NCBI GenBank assembly: GCA_963739365.1
Contig: CAVUAG010000012.1
Span: forward strand, 77,921 to 141,920
From: an uncultured Chloroflexia bacterium
Lineage (GTDB): Bacteria > Chloroflexota > Limnocylindria > Limnocylindrales > CSP1-4
Reading direction: 5' to 3'
DNA length: 64,000 bases
The notes under the pieces were generated by a model, which had not been told where the DNA came from, did no database searches, and was given only the letters and a program-made list of their open reading frames with translations. The translations under genes were made by a program, and so were the position numbers. The number at the start of each line of letters is the position of its first letter. Positions within the stretch are counted from its first letter, which is position 1. This document shows positions 12,056 to 25,731 of the stretch, one piece after another.

Positions 12056-14431
12056 ATGCCCGACTTCGAGCTGGTCGCCCCGTTCGAGCCCACCGGCGAC
12101 CAGCCGCAGGCGATCGAGCGCCTCGAAGACGGCCTCGCGCGCGGCCTCCGCCACCAGGTGCTGCTCGGGGCCACCGGCACGGGCAAGACGTTCACCTTGG
12201 CAAGAGTCATCGAGAAGGCGAACCGCCCCACGCTGGTCCTGGCCCACAACAAGACCCTGGCCGCCCAGCTCTACGCCGAGTTCCGCGACTTCTTCCCGAA
12301 CAACGCCGTCGAGTACTTCGTCAGCTACTTCGACTACTACCAGCCCGAGGCCTACCTGCCCCGGTCGGACACGTACATCGAGAAGGATTCCAGCCGCAAC
12401 GAGGAGATCGACAAGCTCCGCCACGCGGCGACGAAGGCGCTCTTCGAGCGGCGCGACGTGATCATCGTCGCCTCGGTGAGCTGCATCTACGGCCTTGGTG
12501 CGCCGGTCGACTACGGGGCGACCGTGCTGCGCCTCAAGCGGGGCGGGGCCTACCGGCGGGACACGGTCCTGCGCCACCTCGTGGACCTCCAGTACCAGCG
12601 CAACGACCAGGCCCTCCAGCGTTCGAGATTCCGCGTCCGGGGCGACACGCTGGAGCTGGTGCCCTCCTCGGAGGACCGCCTGGTGAGGGTCGAATTCTTC
12701 GGCGACGAGGTGGAGCGGATCACCGAGCTGGACTCGCTCACCGGCGAGCTCCTGGCCGAGCGGTCCGAGGTCAACGTCTTCCCGGCCAGCCACTTCGTCA
12801 CGCCGGCCGACAAGCTCCGGGCGGCGGTCGGCACGATCGAGGCCGAGGCGGTCGAGCGCGTCGCCTGGCTGGAGGATCAGGGGCGGGCGCTCGAAGCCGC
12901 ACGCCTCCGCCAGCGCACCACCTTCGACCTGGAGATGATCAGGGAGCTCGGGTTCTGCTCGGGGATCGAGAACTACTCCCGCCACCTCTCGGGCAGGGAG
13001 CCCGGGTCGCGGCCGTGGACGCTGCTCGACTACTTCCCGCCGGACTGGCTCCTCGTGGTCGACGAGTCGCACATGACGATCCCCCAGGTCGTGGGGATGT
13101 ACAAGAACGACCGGACCCGCAAGGAGATCCTCGTGGACTTCGGGTTCCGGCTTCCGTCGGCGCTCGACAACCGGCCCCTGACCTTCGAGGAGTTCGAGGC
13201 CACCGTCAACCAGGCGGTCTACATGAGCGCCACGCCCGGGCCCTACGAGCTGGAGCGAAGCCAGCGGATCGCCGAGCAGCTGATCCGGCCTACCGGGATC
13301 GTCGACCCGGCCATCACCGTCCGCCCGACCGAGGGCCAGATCGACGACCTCATGGAGCGCATCCGCGAGCGGGTGGAGCGGGGCGAGCGGGTCCTCGTCA
13401 CGACGCTCACCAAGCGGATGGCCGAGGACCTCGCCGACTACCTGCGCGAGCTCGGCGTCAAGGTCCAGTACCTCCACAGCGAGGTGGACACGCTCGAGCG
13501 GGTCCAGATCCTGCGTGACCTGCGTCTCGGGGTCTTCGACGTCCTCGTCGGCATCAACCTCCTCCGGGAAGGTATCGACCTGCCCGAGGTGACCCTCGTG
13601 GCGATCCTCGACGCCGACAAGGAGGGCTTCCTGCGCAGTGCCTGGTCGCTCATCCAGATGATCGGGCGGGCGGCCCGCAACATCGGGGGCGAGGTCGTGA
13701 TGTACGCCGACGTCATGACCGAGTCGATGAAGGCGGCGATCGGGGAGACAGACCGTCGCCGGTCGATCCAGGAGCGCCACAACGCCGAGAAGGGGATCAC
13801 GCCCTTCACGATCGTCAAGGAGATCCACGACATCAACGACCGGCTGCGAGTCGCGGCCGAGGTCACGGCGCCGTACGGGGGTGAAGGCGGGCGCGATCTC
13901 ACCGGAGCGTCGAAGGTCCAGGTGGAGCAGCTCGTCGCGCGCCTGGAGACGGAGATGCGGGCTGCGGCCCGAGAGCTCGAGTTCGAGCGGGCGGCCGCGC
14001 TGCGCGACGAGATCCAGCAGATCCGGCTCCGGGTGCTGGCGGAAGACGCGTCGGTGATCGTCGGGCGGGCCGCAGAGGCGGCGGGCCGGGGGGGCGCGGG
14101 GCCCGGGCAGCGATCCCCGACCGCACCGGTCCCCCGCGGGCGGCACGGGCGCGGCGGTCGTCCGGGCGCGCCCGCCGAGACCGCCCCGGCGTCGGCACTC
14201 GAGGTGACGTCGGTGACCGTGATGCCAGTCGGCGAGGAACCCGGGGGCGCGGGCGAGGAGCCCGGGGTCGCCGAGGGCACCGCGGCTGACTGGCTGCCCG
14301 GGCTCCGCGACGAGCACGAGGATGACGACGCCGGCTGGCAGGCCCGCTGGCTCGATCGGCCTACGTGGGACCGGACGGTGACCCCGAACGTGAAGCGTCG
14401 GACGGGGAGGCGCGGGCCTCGACGAAGCTGA
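12056..14431 (+). CDS. uvrB: excinuclease ABC subunit B, intact, with about 129-aa C-terminal extension
   Basis: ORF 12056..14431 (791 aa). Motifs seen: [10 protein letters not shown], Walker [52 protein letters not shown] and the UVR domain [19 protein letters not shown] Gly/Pro/Glu-rich tail follows. Confidence 0.95.
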   Translation: MPDFELVAPFEPTGDQPQAIERLEDGLARGLRHQVLLGATGTGKTFTLARVIEKANRPTLVLAHNKTLAAQLYAEFRDFFPNNAVEYFVSYFDYYQPEAYLPRSDTYIEKDSSRNEEIDKLRHAATKALFERRDVIIVASVSCIYGLGAPVDYGATVLRLKRGGAYRRDTVLRHLVDLQYQRNDQALQRSRFRVRGDTLELVPSSEDRLVRVEFFGDEVERITELDSLTGELLAERSEVNVFPASHFVTPADKLRAAVGTIEAEAVERVAWLEDQGRALEAARLRQRTTFDLEMIRELGFCSGIENYSRHLSGREPGSRPWTLLDYFPPDWLLVVDESHMTIPQVVGMYKNDRTRKEILVDFGFRLPSALDNRPLTFEEFEATVNQAVYMSATPGPYELERSQRIAEQLIRPTGIVDPAITVRPTEGQIDDLMERIRERVERGERVLVTTLTKRMAEDLADYLRELGVKVQYLHSEVDTLERVQILRDLRLGVFDVLVGINLLREGIDLPEVTLVAILDADKEGFLRSAWSLIQMIGRAARNIGGEVVMYADVMTESMKAAIGETDRRRSIQERHNAEKGITPFTIVKEIHDINDRLRVAAEVTAPYGGEGGRDLTGASKVQVEQLVARLETEMRAAARELEFERAAALRDEIQQIRLRVLAEDASVIVGRAAEAAGRGGAGPGQRSPTAPVPRGRHGRGGRPGAPAETAPASALEVTSVTVMPVGEEPGGAGEEPGVAEGTAADWLPGLRDEHEDDDAGWQARWLDRPTWDRTVTPNVKRRTGRRGPRRS

Positions 14432-14480
14432 TGCGGTTGTAGGTACCGGCTCATCGGGAGGCGCGGACGAAGGCGACGAG

Positions 14481-14500
14481 GTGGTGCGTGGGGGCACCAC
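14481..14500 (+). terminator. short hairpin after uvrB followed by AT-richer stretch
   Basis: gtggtgc (14481-14487) pairs with gcaccac (14494-14500) around the loop gtgggg. It is followed by atcaattctt, which is unusually AT-rich for this window. Confidence 0.4.
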
Positions 14501-14847
14501 ATCAATTCTTACCACTTGACGTCGGCCCTCGGGCTCCGGCCATACTGCCGCCTACGACCGGGAGGCATCGCCTTCCGCAGCGCTCCGGTCACGCCGCCAC
14601 GCGCCGCGTCCGCGCAGTGCCCCCGATCGGCATGGGCCATGGTGCCGCATGGGGTGGGGGATGAGGTTGGGGGCAGCCTGCGTTCGGCCGGGAGCGGATC
14701 GCCGCGACCCGTGTCGTTGCGTGCACGCGATCTCGCGCGTGGGGCTCGCCCGACGACTGTTCTCCTTCTCTGCGCGGGTGGGTACCTGGGAGGCCCCGTC
14801 GTCGTAGTCACGGCGCCCAGCGGGCGCCATTTCAGTGGGGGGACGCA

Positions 14848-17800
14848 ATGTTCGGTCGTAGGACCACGCGCTCCACAATTCGGAGCCGCCTTGGAGCCGC
14901 GCTGGGATCGGCGCTGCTCATCTCGTCGCTGACTGGGACGCTTGTCCCCGTCGCCGCGGCGGGGCCGTTGACGATCACGAATGTCGACAGCCCGGATCCG
15001 GTCCAGTCAGGAAGCCAGATCCTCTACACCGTCGTCGTCACGAACACCGGGGGCGCAAAGGTCAACAACGTCGTCCTGACCGACCAGATCAACGGCGTCG
15101 TGGGCTTCGGGAATCCCCCGCTGCTCGACGTCGTGAGCTCCCGTGGCGGGGCGGGCTGCACCCAGACGAACACCCAGGTCACCTGCAGCATCGGGTCCAT
15201 CGAAGGAACCGGGTCGTGGACGGTGACGATCCGCGGCGTCGTCACGGCGGCCGCCGGCACGACGATCAACAACATTGCCACCGTTGTGGCGACGAAGTCC
15301 GCCCAGACCTACACGACCTCGGCGGCGGCCACGACCCAGGTGCAGGGCAGCGGCCCCGGCGGCGCCAGCCCAGACCTCACGATCGGCAAGAACGGACCAC
15401 TCCAGGTGACGCCGGGCGCGGGGATCACCTACACCCTGACCGTGAACAACCTCGGCACGGGCAACGCGCTCGGCGTCAAGGTCACGGATACGTTCCCCGC
15501 CGCGCATCGCGCCCGTCAGCGTCAGCGCGACGAGCCTGTTCGCCTGCAGCATCGCGGACCAGACCGTCACTTGCGTGGACGGCCGCGTGAACGCCGGCTC
15601 CAACGCCACGATCACGGTCAACGGCACCGTGGCTGCGGCTGCGGCTGGCGACCTGGAGAACACCTCGGTCGTCGACCCCGACAACACGATCGACGAGGGC
15701 GAGCTGGGCAACACGGCCGACGCGGCCGAGCTCAACAACTTCTCGAACACCGTCGTCACGAACGTGTCGCCGGTCCCGCCGACCCCGGCAGGCGCCATCT
15801 CCTTCGACAAGCAGGGACCCGCATCCGCGATCCCCGGAGAGCTCATCCAGTACACGCTCACGATGACCAACGGGACGGTCGGGCGGGCCGACTACATCAC
15901 GATGACGGACGGCACGCAGGGCCTGCACGCCGCGAGCCTTCGCGTCGTGAGCGCGACTCGCACGAGCGGCACGGCGCCGGTCTGCACGGTCGCCGCCCCG
16001 ACCGTCACCTGCACGATGACGCGCCTCTCGGCGAGCAGCACCACGACGCCCCAGAAGTTCACGGTCGTCATCGAGGGCATGGTCGTGGCCTCCGCGGGCT
16101 CGACGATCATCAACAGCGCCGGCCGTGAACGCCAACGTCAAGAACATCGGCTACACGGAGCGCGACGAAGTCCAGACCATCATCAACGCCGGACGCGACC
16201 TGACGATCTCCAAGTCGGACGCGCCGGACCCCGTCTGTGCGCGCTCCTGGCCCGACGGCGGCAACACGAACGACTGTCGCGGCGGCCTGCACTACACGTT
16301 CGTCGTCGGCAACAGCGGCGTCCAGGAGGCGACGAACGTCGTCGTCCGCGACCCGCTTCCGCCCGGGACGACCTACGACGACGCGGCCACGGACCTCGCC
16401 AACGGGAACGATTTCTGCGACGAGGTCCGTCGGCTGGGCATCGTCATCTGCACGATCCCGACCCTCGGCCCAGGCGCTTCGGAGACGATCGAGATCGTCC
16501 TCGTCGCGCCGCCGACCCTCGGCACGATCACGAACACCGTGACCGTCGACCCGAGCAACGCGATCTTCGAGGCCGACGAGACGAACAACATCGCCGTGGC
16601 CACGACGACCGTCGCCACCGGCATCGACCTGACGATCGTCAAGGACGACTCGCCGCCGCCTCGCCGAGCGGGTTCGACCCGATCGCGACGAGCGGGACGC
16701 AGACCTACCGGATCGTCGTCGACAACACCGGCACCCAGGACGCGACCGGCATCCACGTGCGCGACATCCTGCCGTCCGGGACCATCTTCCTGACCGCGGA
16801 GGAGATCGACCCGAACGGGCCGGGTACGTACCCGGACCTCCACGGGTTCACCTGCACCCACAACGGCGCCGCCACCGGCGGCCTCGTCGACTGCGTCGGC
16901 GGGTCGCTGCTGGGCAGCGCAGCCGAGTACTACTACCCGCCCCAGCCGGGCGACGACAAGGCCTATATCGAGATCAAGGTCTTCGCTCGCCCGACCGTCG
17001 GGATCATGCACAACGAGGTCCGCGTCGACCCGCTTGGCCAGATCGCCGAGTACGACGAGACCGACAACATCGAGTTCGAGGACACGACCGTCACCACGGG
17101 GAACGACGGCATCGGCGCCTTCAACCAGCTCACGATCACGAAGTCCCAGGTCAGCCCCGCCGGCAACGTGGCGACGAACGGCATCCTCATCTACGACCTC
17201 GAGGTCGCGAACCTCGGCACGGACCCGGTGAGCTCCATCGTCGTGAAGGACTTCCTGCCGGCCGGCTCGCGCTTCATCGAGGCCAAGGACACGGACGTCG
17301 GCATCGGCGTCGCGGACGCGTTCTTCTGCGCCCACGACGGGCAGGCGTACGGGGGCACGGTGACCTGCACCGGCGGCGACCTGAGCGGAACCGTCAACAC
17401 CATCGTCGACACCCCCGGCCCGGGCCTCGTCCCGACCGTGCGGAACATCCGGATCACGGTGTTCGCCCCGAACACGCCGGGCGTCTATCCGAACAGCGCG
17501 GTCGTCGACCCGAACAACGTCGTGCCCGAGGGCAATGAGTTCGACAACGACTCGCAGATCACCACGACGGTGGCGATCGGCGCCGCCAACGAGTTCAACG
17601 AGCTGACGGTCGCGAAGACCCAGACCGACCCGGCCGGCAACGCCGTTGCGACCAGCAGCATCGTGACCTGGGAGATCGTCGTCACGAACACCGGCTCGGA
17701 CCCGGCGTTCAACGTCCGGCTCACCGACACGCTGCCGTCGGGCTTCACCTTCATCGCCGCCATCGACACGAGCCCTCCGAGCGATCCGTACCGGTTCGTC

Positions 17801-20150
17801 TGCGCGCCGGCCGCCGGGCAACACGGTGGACTGCACCGGCGCCACGCTGAGCGGGCACCGTGAACGTGGCCGGCACCAGCCCGACGACGCGCACGATCGT
17901 GCTTCGCGCCTACGCCTCGGCCATCCCGGGCACGTACACCAACACGGTGATCGTCGACCCGGCCAATGCCATCCCGGAGGGCAACGAGACCAACAACACG
18001 GCAAACGCGTCCGTCGATGTCTCCAACGGCGGCCCCGGGGCGTTCATCGACCTCGAGGTCGACAAGCAGGCACTCATCCCGGTCGCCGGCACGCCGGTCG
18101 CGCCGGGCGGGCAGCTTGCCTACACGCTCACGGTGACGAACACGGGTGCGGCCCCGGCCTTCAATGTCGTGGTCCGCGACGTCCTGCCGGCCCACGTGAC
18201 CTTCTTCAATGCCGCGGACGGGACCGTCGGCCCCGGGATGTTCACCTGCGCCCAGGCCTCGGGTGTCGTCAACTGCAGCGGCGGGCAGATCCCCGCCGGC
18301 GGCAACCGAACGATCCTCGTGCTGATGATCGCTCCGACGAGCATCGAGCAGTACGCGACCAGCCTCACCAACATCTCGATCGGGATCACGAACCAGGCGT
18401 TCGTGGACCCGGACAACGCGATCCTCGAAGGCAACGAGATCAACAACGCCGACTCCGTCGACACGACGGTGACGCCGCCGATCAACCTGACCCTGACCAA
18501 GGAAGGTCCGACGAACGCGACACAGAAATCAGACGACCGAGTACACGATCACGGTCAAGAACAACATCACCTGGGGGGCTGGGGGGCTCGCCAGGGGCGT
18601 CCGGGTGGTCGATGGGCTGCCCACCGGCCTCATCCCGATCGGGAGCGTCCAGGCCGGCGGCAACTTCGTCTGCCAGGTGCTCGAGAACCCGGTCAACTAC
18701 GTCAGCTGCCTCGGAGACCTGGCAGCGGACGACGAGGTGACGATCACCATCCCGGTGTTCATCACCGCGGACGGTGGCGTCCTCGACAACGAAGCGTGCG
18801 CCGACCCAGATCACGTCGTCGCGGAGACCAACGAGCTCGACAACTGCGCGCACGCGCTGACCCAGGTTGGTCCCGCGGTCGAGCCGGCGAACCTCTCGAT
18901 CGACAAGACCGCGAGCACCGGGTCCGTCACCGCGGGCCAGGAGTTCACCTATACCGTCGCCGTCTCCAACATCGGAGGCACCGACGCAACCGGCACGATC
19001 ACGATGACCGACGACCTGCCGCCGGCGGTCGAGCTCATGGGTGTCAACCCCGCATCCGGCTGGAGCTGCCCGTTGCCGCTGCCGGCCACGCCGAACCACC
19101 TCGAGTGCACCCGCACCGGGCTGGCGGCAGGGAGCACCGAGAACATCGTCATCAGCGTCAAGACGAAGACCGGGGCCGACGCCCCGACAACGGCATTCAC
19201 CAACCACGCGGAAGTGAGCGGCAACAGCGAGGTCGAGTTCGACGAGGTCATCGTCGGGGTCGGCGGCGCAGGCACCGATCTCCTCATCTCGGACATCACC
19301 GACACGCCCGACCCGGTCAACCGCACGAAGGAGCTGACCTGGACGATCGTCGCCGTCAACGCCGGCACGGCCGACGCCGATGGCGCGGTAGTCCGCGTCC
19401 AGCTGCCGGACGCCGGAGTGACCGTCTCCGGGATCGCCGCAACGAACGGGTTCAACTGCGTGGTCAACCCCGCGATCCTGCCGGCAGGCATGACCTACGA
19501 CTGCACGGCTGGCGTCGTGACGGGATTCCCCGCGAGCAGTGACACGACGATCACCGTCGTCGCGACGGTGAACCTGGACGCGCCGGCTGAGCTGGTCCTC
19601 ACCGCAACGGCGGACCCGGCCAACGCGTTCGTGGAGTCGGACGAGGTCAACAACACGCTGACCCAGACGACGACCGTACGACGACAGCGTCTGCACGTCG
19701 TCACCGTGCGTCGACCTCGCCGTGTCGAGCATCATCGATGTGCCGGATGGGGCGCCATTCGGCCCACCAATCCTCTATACGGTGGCGGTGACGAACGTCG
19801 GAGACGCACCGCTGCCGACCAACGTGCCGTGGGACATCCACTTCGAGCTGCTCGGAGCCGGGGTCATCACGTCGATCACGGTTCCGACCGGGGTGACGTG
19901 CGCCCCGCTGGGGGGCGTGCACCTGCACTGCAGCGCATCGGTCGGAGCGGATGACATGGACCTGGCTGCCGGCGCCGGCATCGCCTTCGTCCTCACGGTC
20001 CAGCCGGGCGGTCCGGGCGTCCTGCAGCTGAACGTCGTGGCGGACTCGAACACTGATGCGCCGCTCGGGAGCCCGGGCGAGATCCCCGAGTTCTCCGACG
20101 CAAACAACTTCCTGACCGAAATCACGACGGTTCTGCCGCCAGGACCCTAG
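14848..20150 (+). CDS. giant secreted DUF11/CARDB-repeat surface protein (about 1,770 codons, at least 7 frame breaks)
   Basis: Joined from ORFs 14848..16128, 15575..17863, 16125..16793, 17860..19542, 18605..19954 and 19722..20150. The N-terminus looks like a signal peptide (MFGRRTTRSTIRSRLGAALGSALLISSLTGTLVPVAAAG). About 11-12 repeats of about 140-150 aa follow. Each has (I/L)xYT(L/V)xVxNxG...V(V/R)(V/L)xDxLP, a Cys pair (for example FTCTHNGAATGGLVDCVGG and FFCAHDGQAYGGTVTCTGG), and a CARDB-like ending (VDPxNxIxExNExNN...TTV). One frame break was checked at nucleotide level near 15507: gccgcg-c-atcgcg has one extra base. Confidence 0.8.
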
Positions 20151-20160
20151 CCCGCGACGA

Positions 20161-20195
20161 TCGAAGGCCGCCCGGCACCGCCGGGCGGCCTTCGA
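20161..20195 (+). terminator. perfect 15-bp hairpin after the DUF11 gene
   Basis: tcgaaggccgcccgg (20161-20175) pairs with ccgggcggccttcga (20181-20195) around a 5-nt loop. It starts 11 nt after the stop at 20150. Confidence 0.55.
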
Positions 20196-20235
20196 CTCGA
20201 TCGGCAGCCGGGAGTCCCGATGAGAAGGAGCAGGG

Positions 20236-21409
20236 ATGAGGGCAACGATGGATCAATGGACATCACGGCGGTCCGCAAGGCCGGCCGTACGGCTCGGTGC
20301 CGTCAGCATGGCGTTCTTCCTTTCGGTCAGCTTCAGTGCTTCGCTGGCCGAGACGGGTGCCTCGACGGTCGAGGCGGCGGCAGGTTGCCGGATCTACGTG
20401 GCCAGCGGCGACGATGTCACCAACGGCAAGGCGATGGACGCCAACGCGAGCCGCTACCCCGAGAAGCTGCTCGCCGACAAGATCAAGGCTCCGGGCTGGT
20501 GCCTCTACAACCAGGGCAAGAACGGCCAGACCTCGGCGACCTACATCACGGGCGGTGGGCTGGCCAGCGCGTACAACATGAGGCCGGACTTCCTGACCAT
20601 CCAGCTGGGCGAGCAGAACTCGACGATCGTGAACCTGGTCACGAGCTGCTTCGAGAAGGTCAAGGGCCACGACTTCTCGGGCGCGACCGCCTGCGCCTCG
20701 CAGATCCTGGGCAACAGCTCCCTGTGGACGAACCTGAGGAGCAACTACACGACGATCCTCCAGCAGACCAGGATCATGGCCGCCCAGCGGCCCCAGCTGG
20801 TCGTGGCCGTCGTGAACTACCCGAACCCGTACCCGCAGTCGACGGATGTCGTGGACGAGATCGCAACACTCTGCGTCCCGCTCGTCGACACGATCCCCAC
20901 CTGCACGACCCGCTGGTCGCAGCTGCCGCCGGCGCTGCTGGCCCTCGACAAGGTCTTCCAGAAGCTCAACCAGACTCTGAAGGAATCGGTGGCGCCGTTC
21001 CAGGCTGCCCCGAATGGCAGCCGCTGGGTCTACGTCGACACGTACCCCAGGTTCAAGGATCACTGCATGACCATGAAGGTCACCATCAAGACGAAGGTCG
21101 AGCATCCGGAGGAGATCGGGAGCCGTTCACCAGCACGACTCGCCCGAGGTCAACTTCGGATGCTCCGAGGAGTGGTTCGTCGAGGGGTCCGACGGGACCG
21201 CAAAGCCGAACTACCTCCTGCCGGCCGCGCTCGGCGTCCTCGTCGACTGGAGCCAGACCACCAAGGGGATGGGCGTCTACCCGAACGCCGACGGCCACAA
21301 GTGCATCTCGGAAGCGATCTGGGAAGCCGACACGATCGATCCCGGCACCACGCCCCTGAAGTGGAAGCTGGGCTACGGGGAGGTGGCCAACTCGAGCATC
21401 TGTCAGTGA
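20236..21409 (+). CDS. secreted SGNH/GDSL-fold protein, catalytic residues apparently substituted (one frame break)
   Basis: ORF 20236..21543 is valid to about 21115. My +1 frame then reads VHQHDSPEVNFGCSEEWFVEGSDGTAKPNYLLPAALGVLVDWSQTTKGMGVYPNADGHKCISEAIWEADTIDPGTTPLKWKLGYGEVANSSICQ and stops at TGA 21407-21409. GAAGGAG precedes the ATG, and the N-terminus looks like a signal peptide. SGNH-like blocks by eye: I YVASGDDVTNG, II YNQGKNGQTS, III IQLGEQN, V VYPNADGHKCI. Confidence 0.6.
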
Positions 21410-21416
21410 CATCACC

Positions 21417-21471
21417 GCTGGACGGGTGGGGGGGTCGGCGTGCCGCACAGGCATGCCGACCCTCGTCCAGC
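21417..21471 (+). terminator. long two-tier hairpin after the SGNH gene
   Basis: The outer stem is gctggacg (21417-21424) with cgtccagc (21464-21471). The inner 13-bp stem is gggtcggcgtgcc (21432-21444) with ggcatgccgaccc (21450-21462), including one G-U pair, around a 5-nt loop. Confidence 0.5.
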
Positions 21472-21542
21472 CTCCGGCGGGGTCCGCACCGACGACGTGC
21501 GCTCGCGCGCGCCGCCCGCAGATCGCTTGGGCTGACCCGGTG

Positions 21543-21581
21543 ATAGAACACCTGTACGAAATGGCGCGATCGGCGTAGACT
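21543..21581 (+). promoter_or_regulatory. uvrA promoter region: ATAGAAC-N4-GTAC operator-like motif (LexA/Cheo-box-like) plus TAGACT -10 element
   Basis: ATAGAACACCTGTACGA lies at 21543-21559 and TAGACT at 21576-21581, 6 nt before GTG 21588. No Shine-Dalgarno sequence is present. Confidence 0.45.
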
Positions 21582-21587
21582 AGGCAC

Positions 21588-24634
<3,047 letters not shown>

Positions 24635-24716
24635 CCGGCTCACTGCCGGCGCCGCGGCGTGGCGGCGCGGGCAGGCGGCGTGCCGCGGGCGCGGGCCGGC
24701 GGCGTAGGATTGGCCC

Positions 24717-25144
24717 ATGCCCGACATCGACTTCGCCTTCCTGGCCGACGCCGCGGAGGCCCGACCCGGCGAGAAGTTCAACGTCCTCGGCGGCGGCGTC
24801 AGCCGGCTCGCCGGGCGCACCTTCCCGCTTGCGGCATCCCCACCTCGCGATCGTGATCGGCCTGTCCGTGACCGCGCCCGAGACGGACCGCGAGCACGAG
24901 GTCCGCTTCGTCCTCCTGGACCCCGACGGCCGCGAGCTGGCGGGCGCGAACGGGGTGGTGCAGACGAGCCCGCCGCCCGACGGGCGCGACACGGTCATCA
25001 CCTTCGCGCTCGACCTGTGGAACGTCGGCGTTCGAGCGGCCCGGTGACCACTCGTTCCGGATCCTGGTGGACGGCTCGGAACGGAAGCGGCTGCCCCTCG
25101 TCGTGGACCGACTCCCGGCCGAGCTGGACTCGACGGTCAACTGA
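24717..25144 (+). CDS. uncharacterized small protein (two frame breaks)
   Basis: The N-terminus [38 protein letters not shown] is from ORF 24717..25538. The middle ([64 protein letters not shown]) is in the frame of 24064..25047. The end ([37 protein letters not shown]) stops at TGA 25142-25144. TAGGAT at 24705-24710 lies 6 nt before the ATG. I recognise no function. Confidence 0.5.
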
Positions 25145-25157
25145 CCACGCGCCGGCC

Positions 25158-25538
25158 GTGACCCCCGCTGCAGCGCCGCCGTGCGCCCCGCGCTCCGTGA
25201 CCACCGCCCGGACCGTGACGCCGAGGCCGCCCAGCCGCCACGAGCTGCCCGAGATCGACGAAGCGGGGCTGGCCGCCGCCCGCTGCGCCGACCGACTCCT
25301 CGCGGACGCGCGCGCCATCGGCAGCACCCGCTGGGAGGCGTTCCTCGCGCCCCTGCCGGAGCGGCTGCGCGACGCACCGCCCGCGGACCTGCGCGCCGCC
25401 GCGCGCCGCGGCCGGGCGGCCTTCGGCGCCAAGGACTCGATCGCCGACGTCCTGCCCTGGGAGGACGCGATGGCCTTCCGCGACGCGCTCGACCGGCTCC
25501 TCAAGCTGCTCCTGCGCCACGAGGCCGCCGACCGCTGA
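25158..25538 (+). CDS. hypothetical helical protein (start uncertain)
   Basis: Tail of ORF 24717..25538. The sequence ...ELPEIDEAGLAAARCADRLLADARAIGSTRWEAFLAPLPERLRDAPPADLRAAARRGRAAFGAKDSIADVLPWEDAMAFRDALDRLLKLLLRHEAADR reads protein-like. GTG 25158 is the first in-frame start after the preceding stop. No family recognised. Confidence 0.35.
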   Translation: MTPAAAPPCAPRSVTTARTVTPRPPSRHELPEIDEAGLAAARCADRLLADARAIGSTRWEAFLAPLPERLRDAPPADLRAAARRGRAAFGAKDSIADVLPWEDAMAFRDALDRLLKLLLRHEAADR

Positions 25539-25694
25539 CTCCGCAGCTGGTGGCTGGGCGCGAGGATGCCGCGCGTAGGCTGCGCCTCACTCGCGCACGC
25601 CGGACCGGCCCGTTGTCGTCGGTAGGGCAGGGACACGGTGGCTGATCGAACCGCGCGCTCCTCCGGTGCTTCGAGCAGACTCTGATACTGGGCA

Positions 25695-25724
25695 TTGACA
25701 CATTACTTGGCACACGACTAATGT
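25695..25724 (+). promoter_or_regulatory. near-consensus sigma-70-type promoter of vapBC
   Basis: TTGACA (25695-25700), an 18-nt spacer, then TAATGT (25719-25724). GTG 25732 lies 7 nt downstream with no Shine-Dalgarno sequence. The local sequence is markedly AT-richer than its surroundings. Confidence 0.5.
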
Positions 25725-25731
25725 TACGAGC

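Noticed and set aside
14432-14847. A c-di-GMP or other known riboswitch in the long leader of the adhesin-like gene.
   Set aside because: No match by eye to GEMM-I/II or other consensus cores. The only ACGCAA-like string overlaps the start codon. An Infernal scan is needed before any claim.
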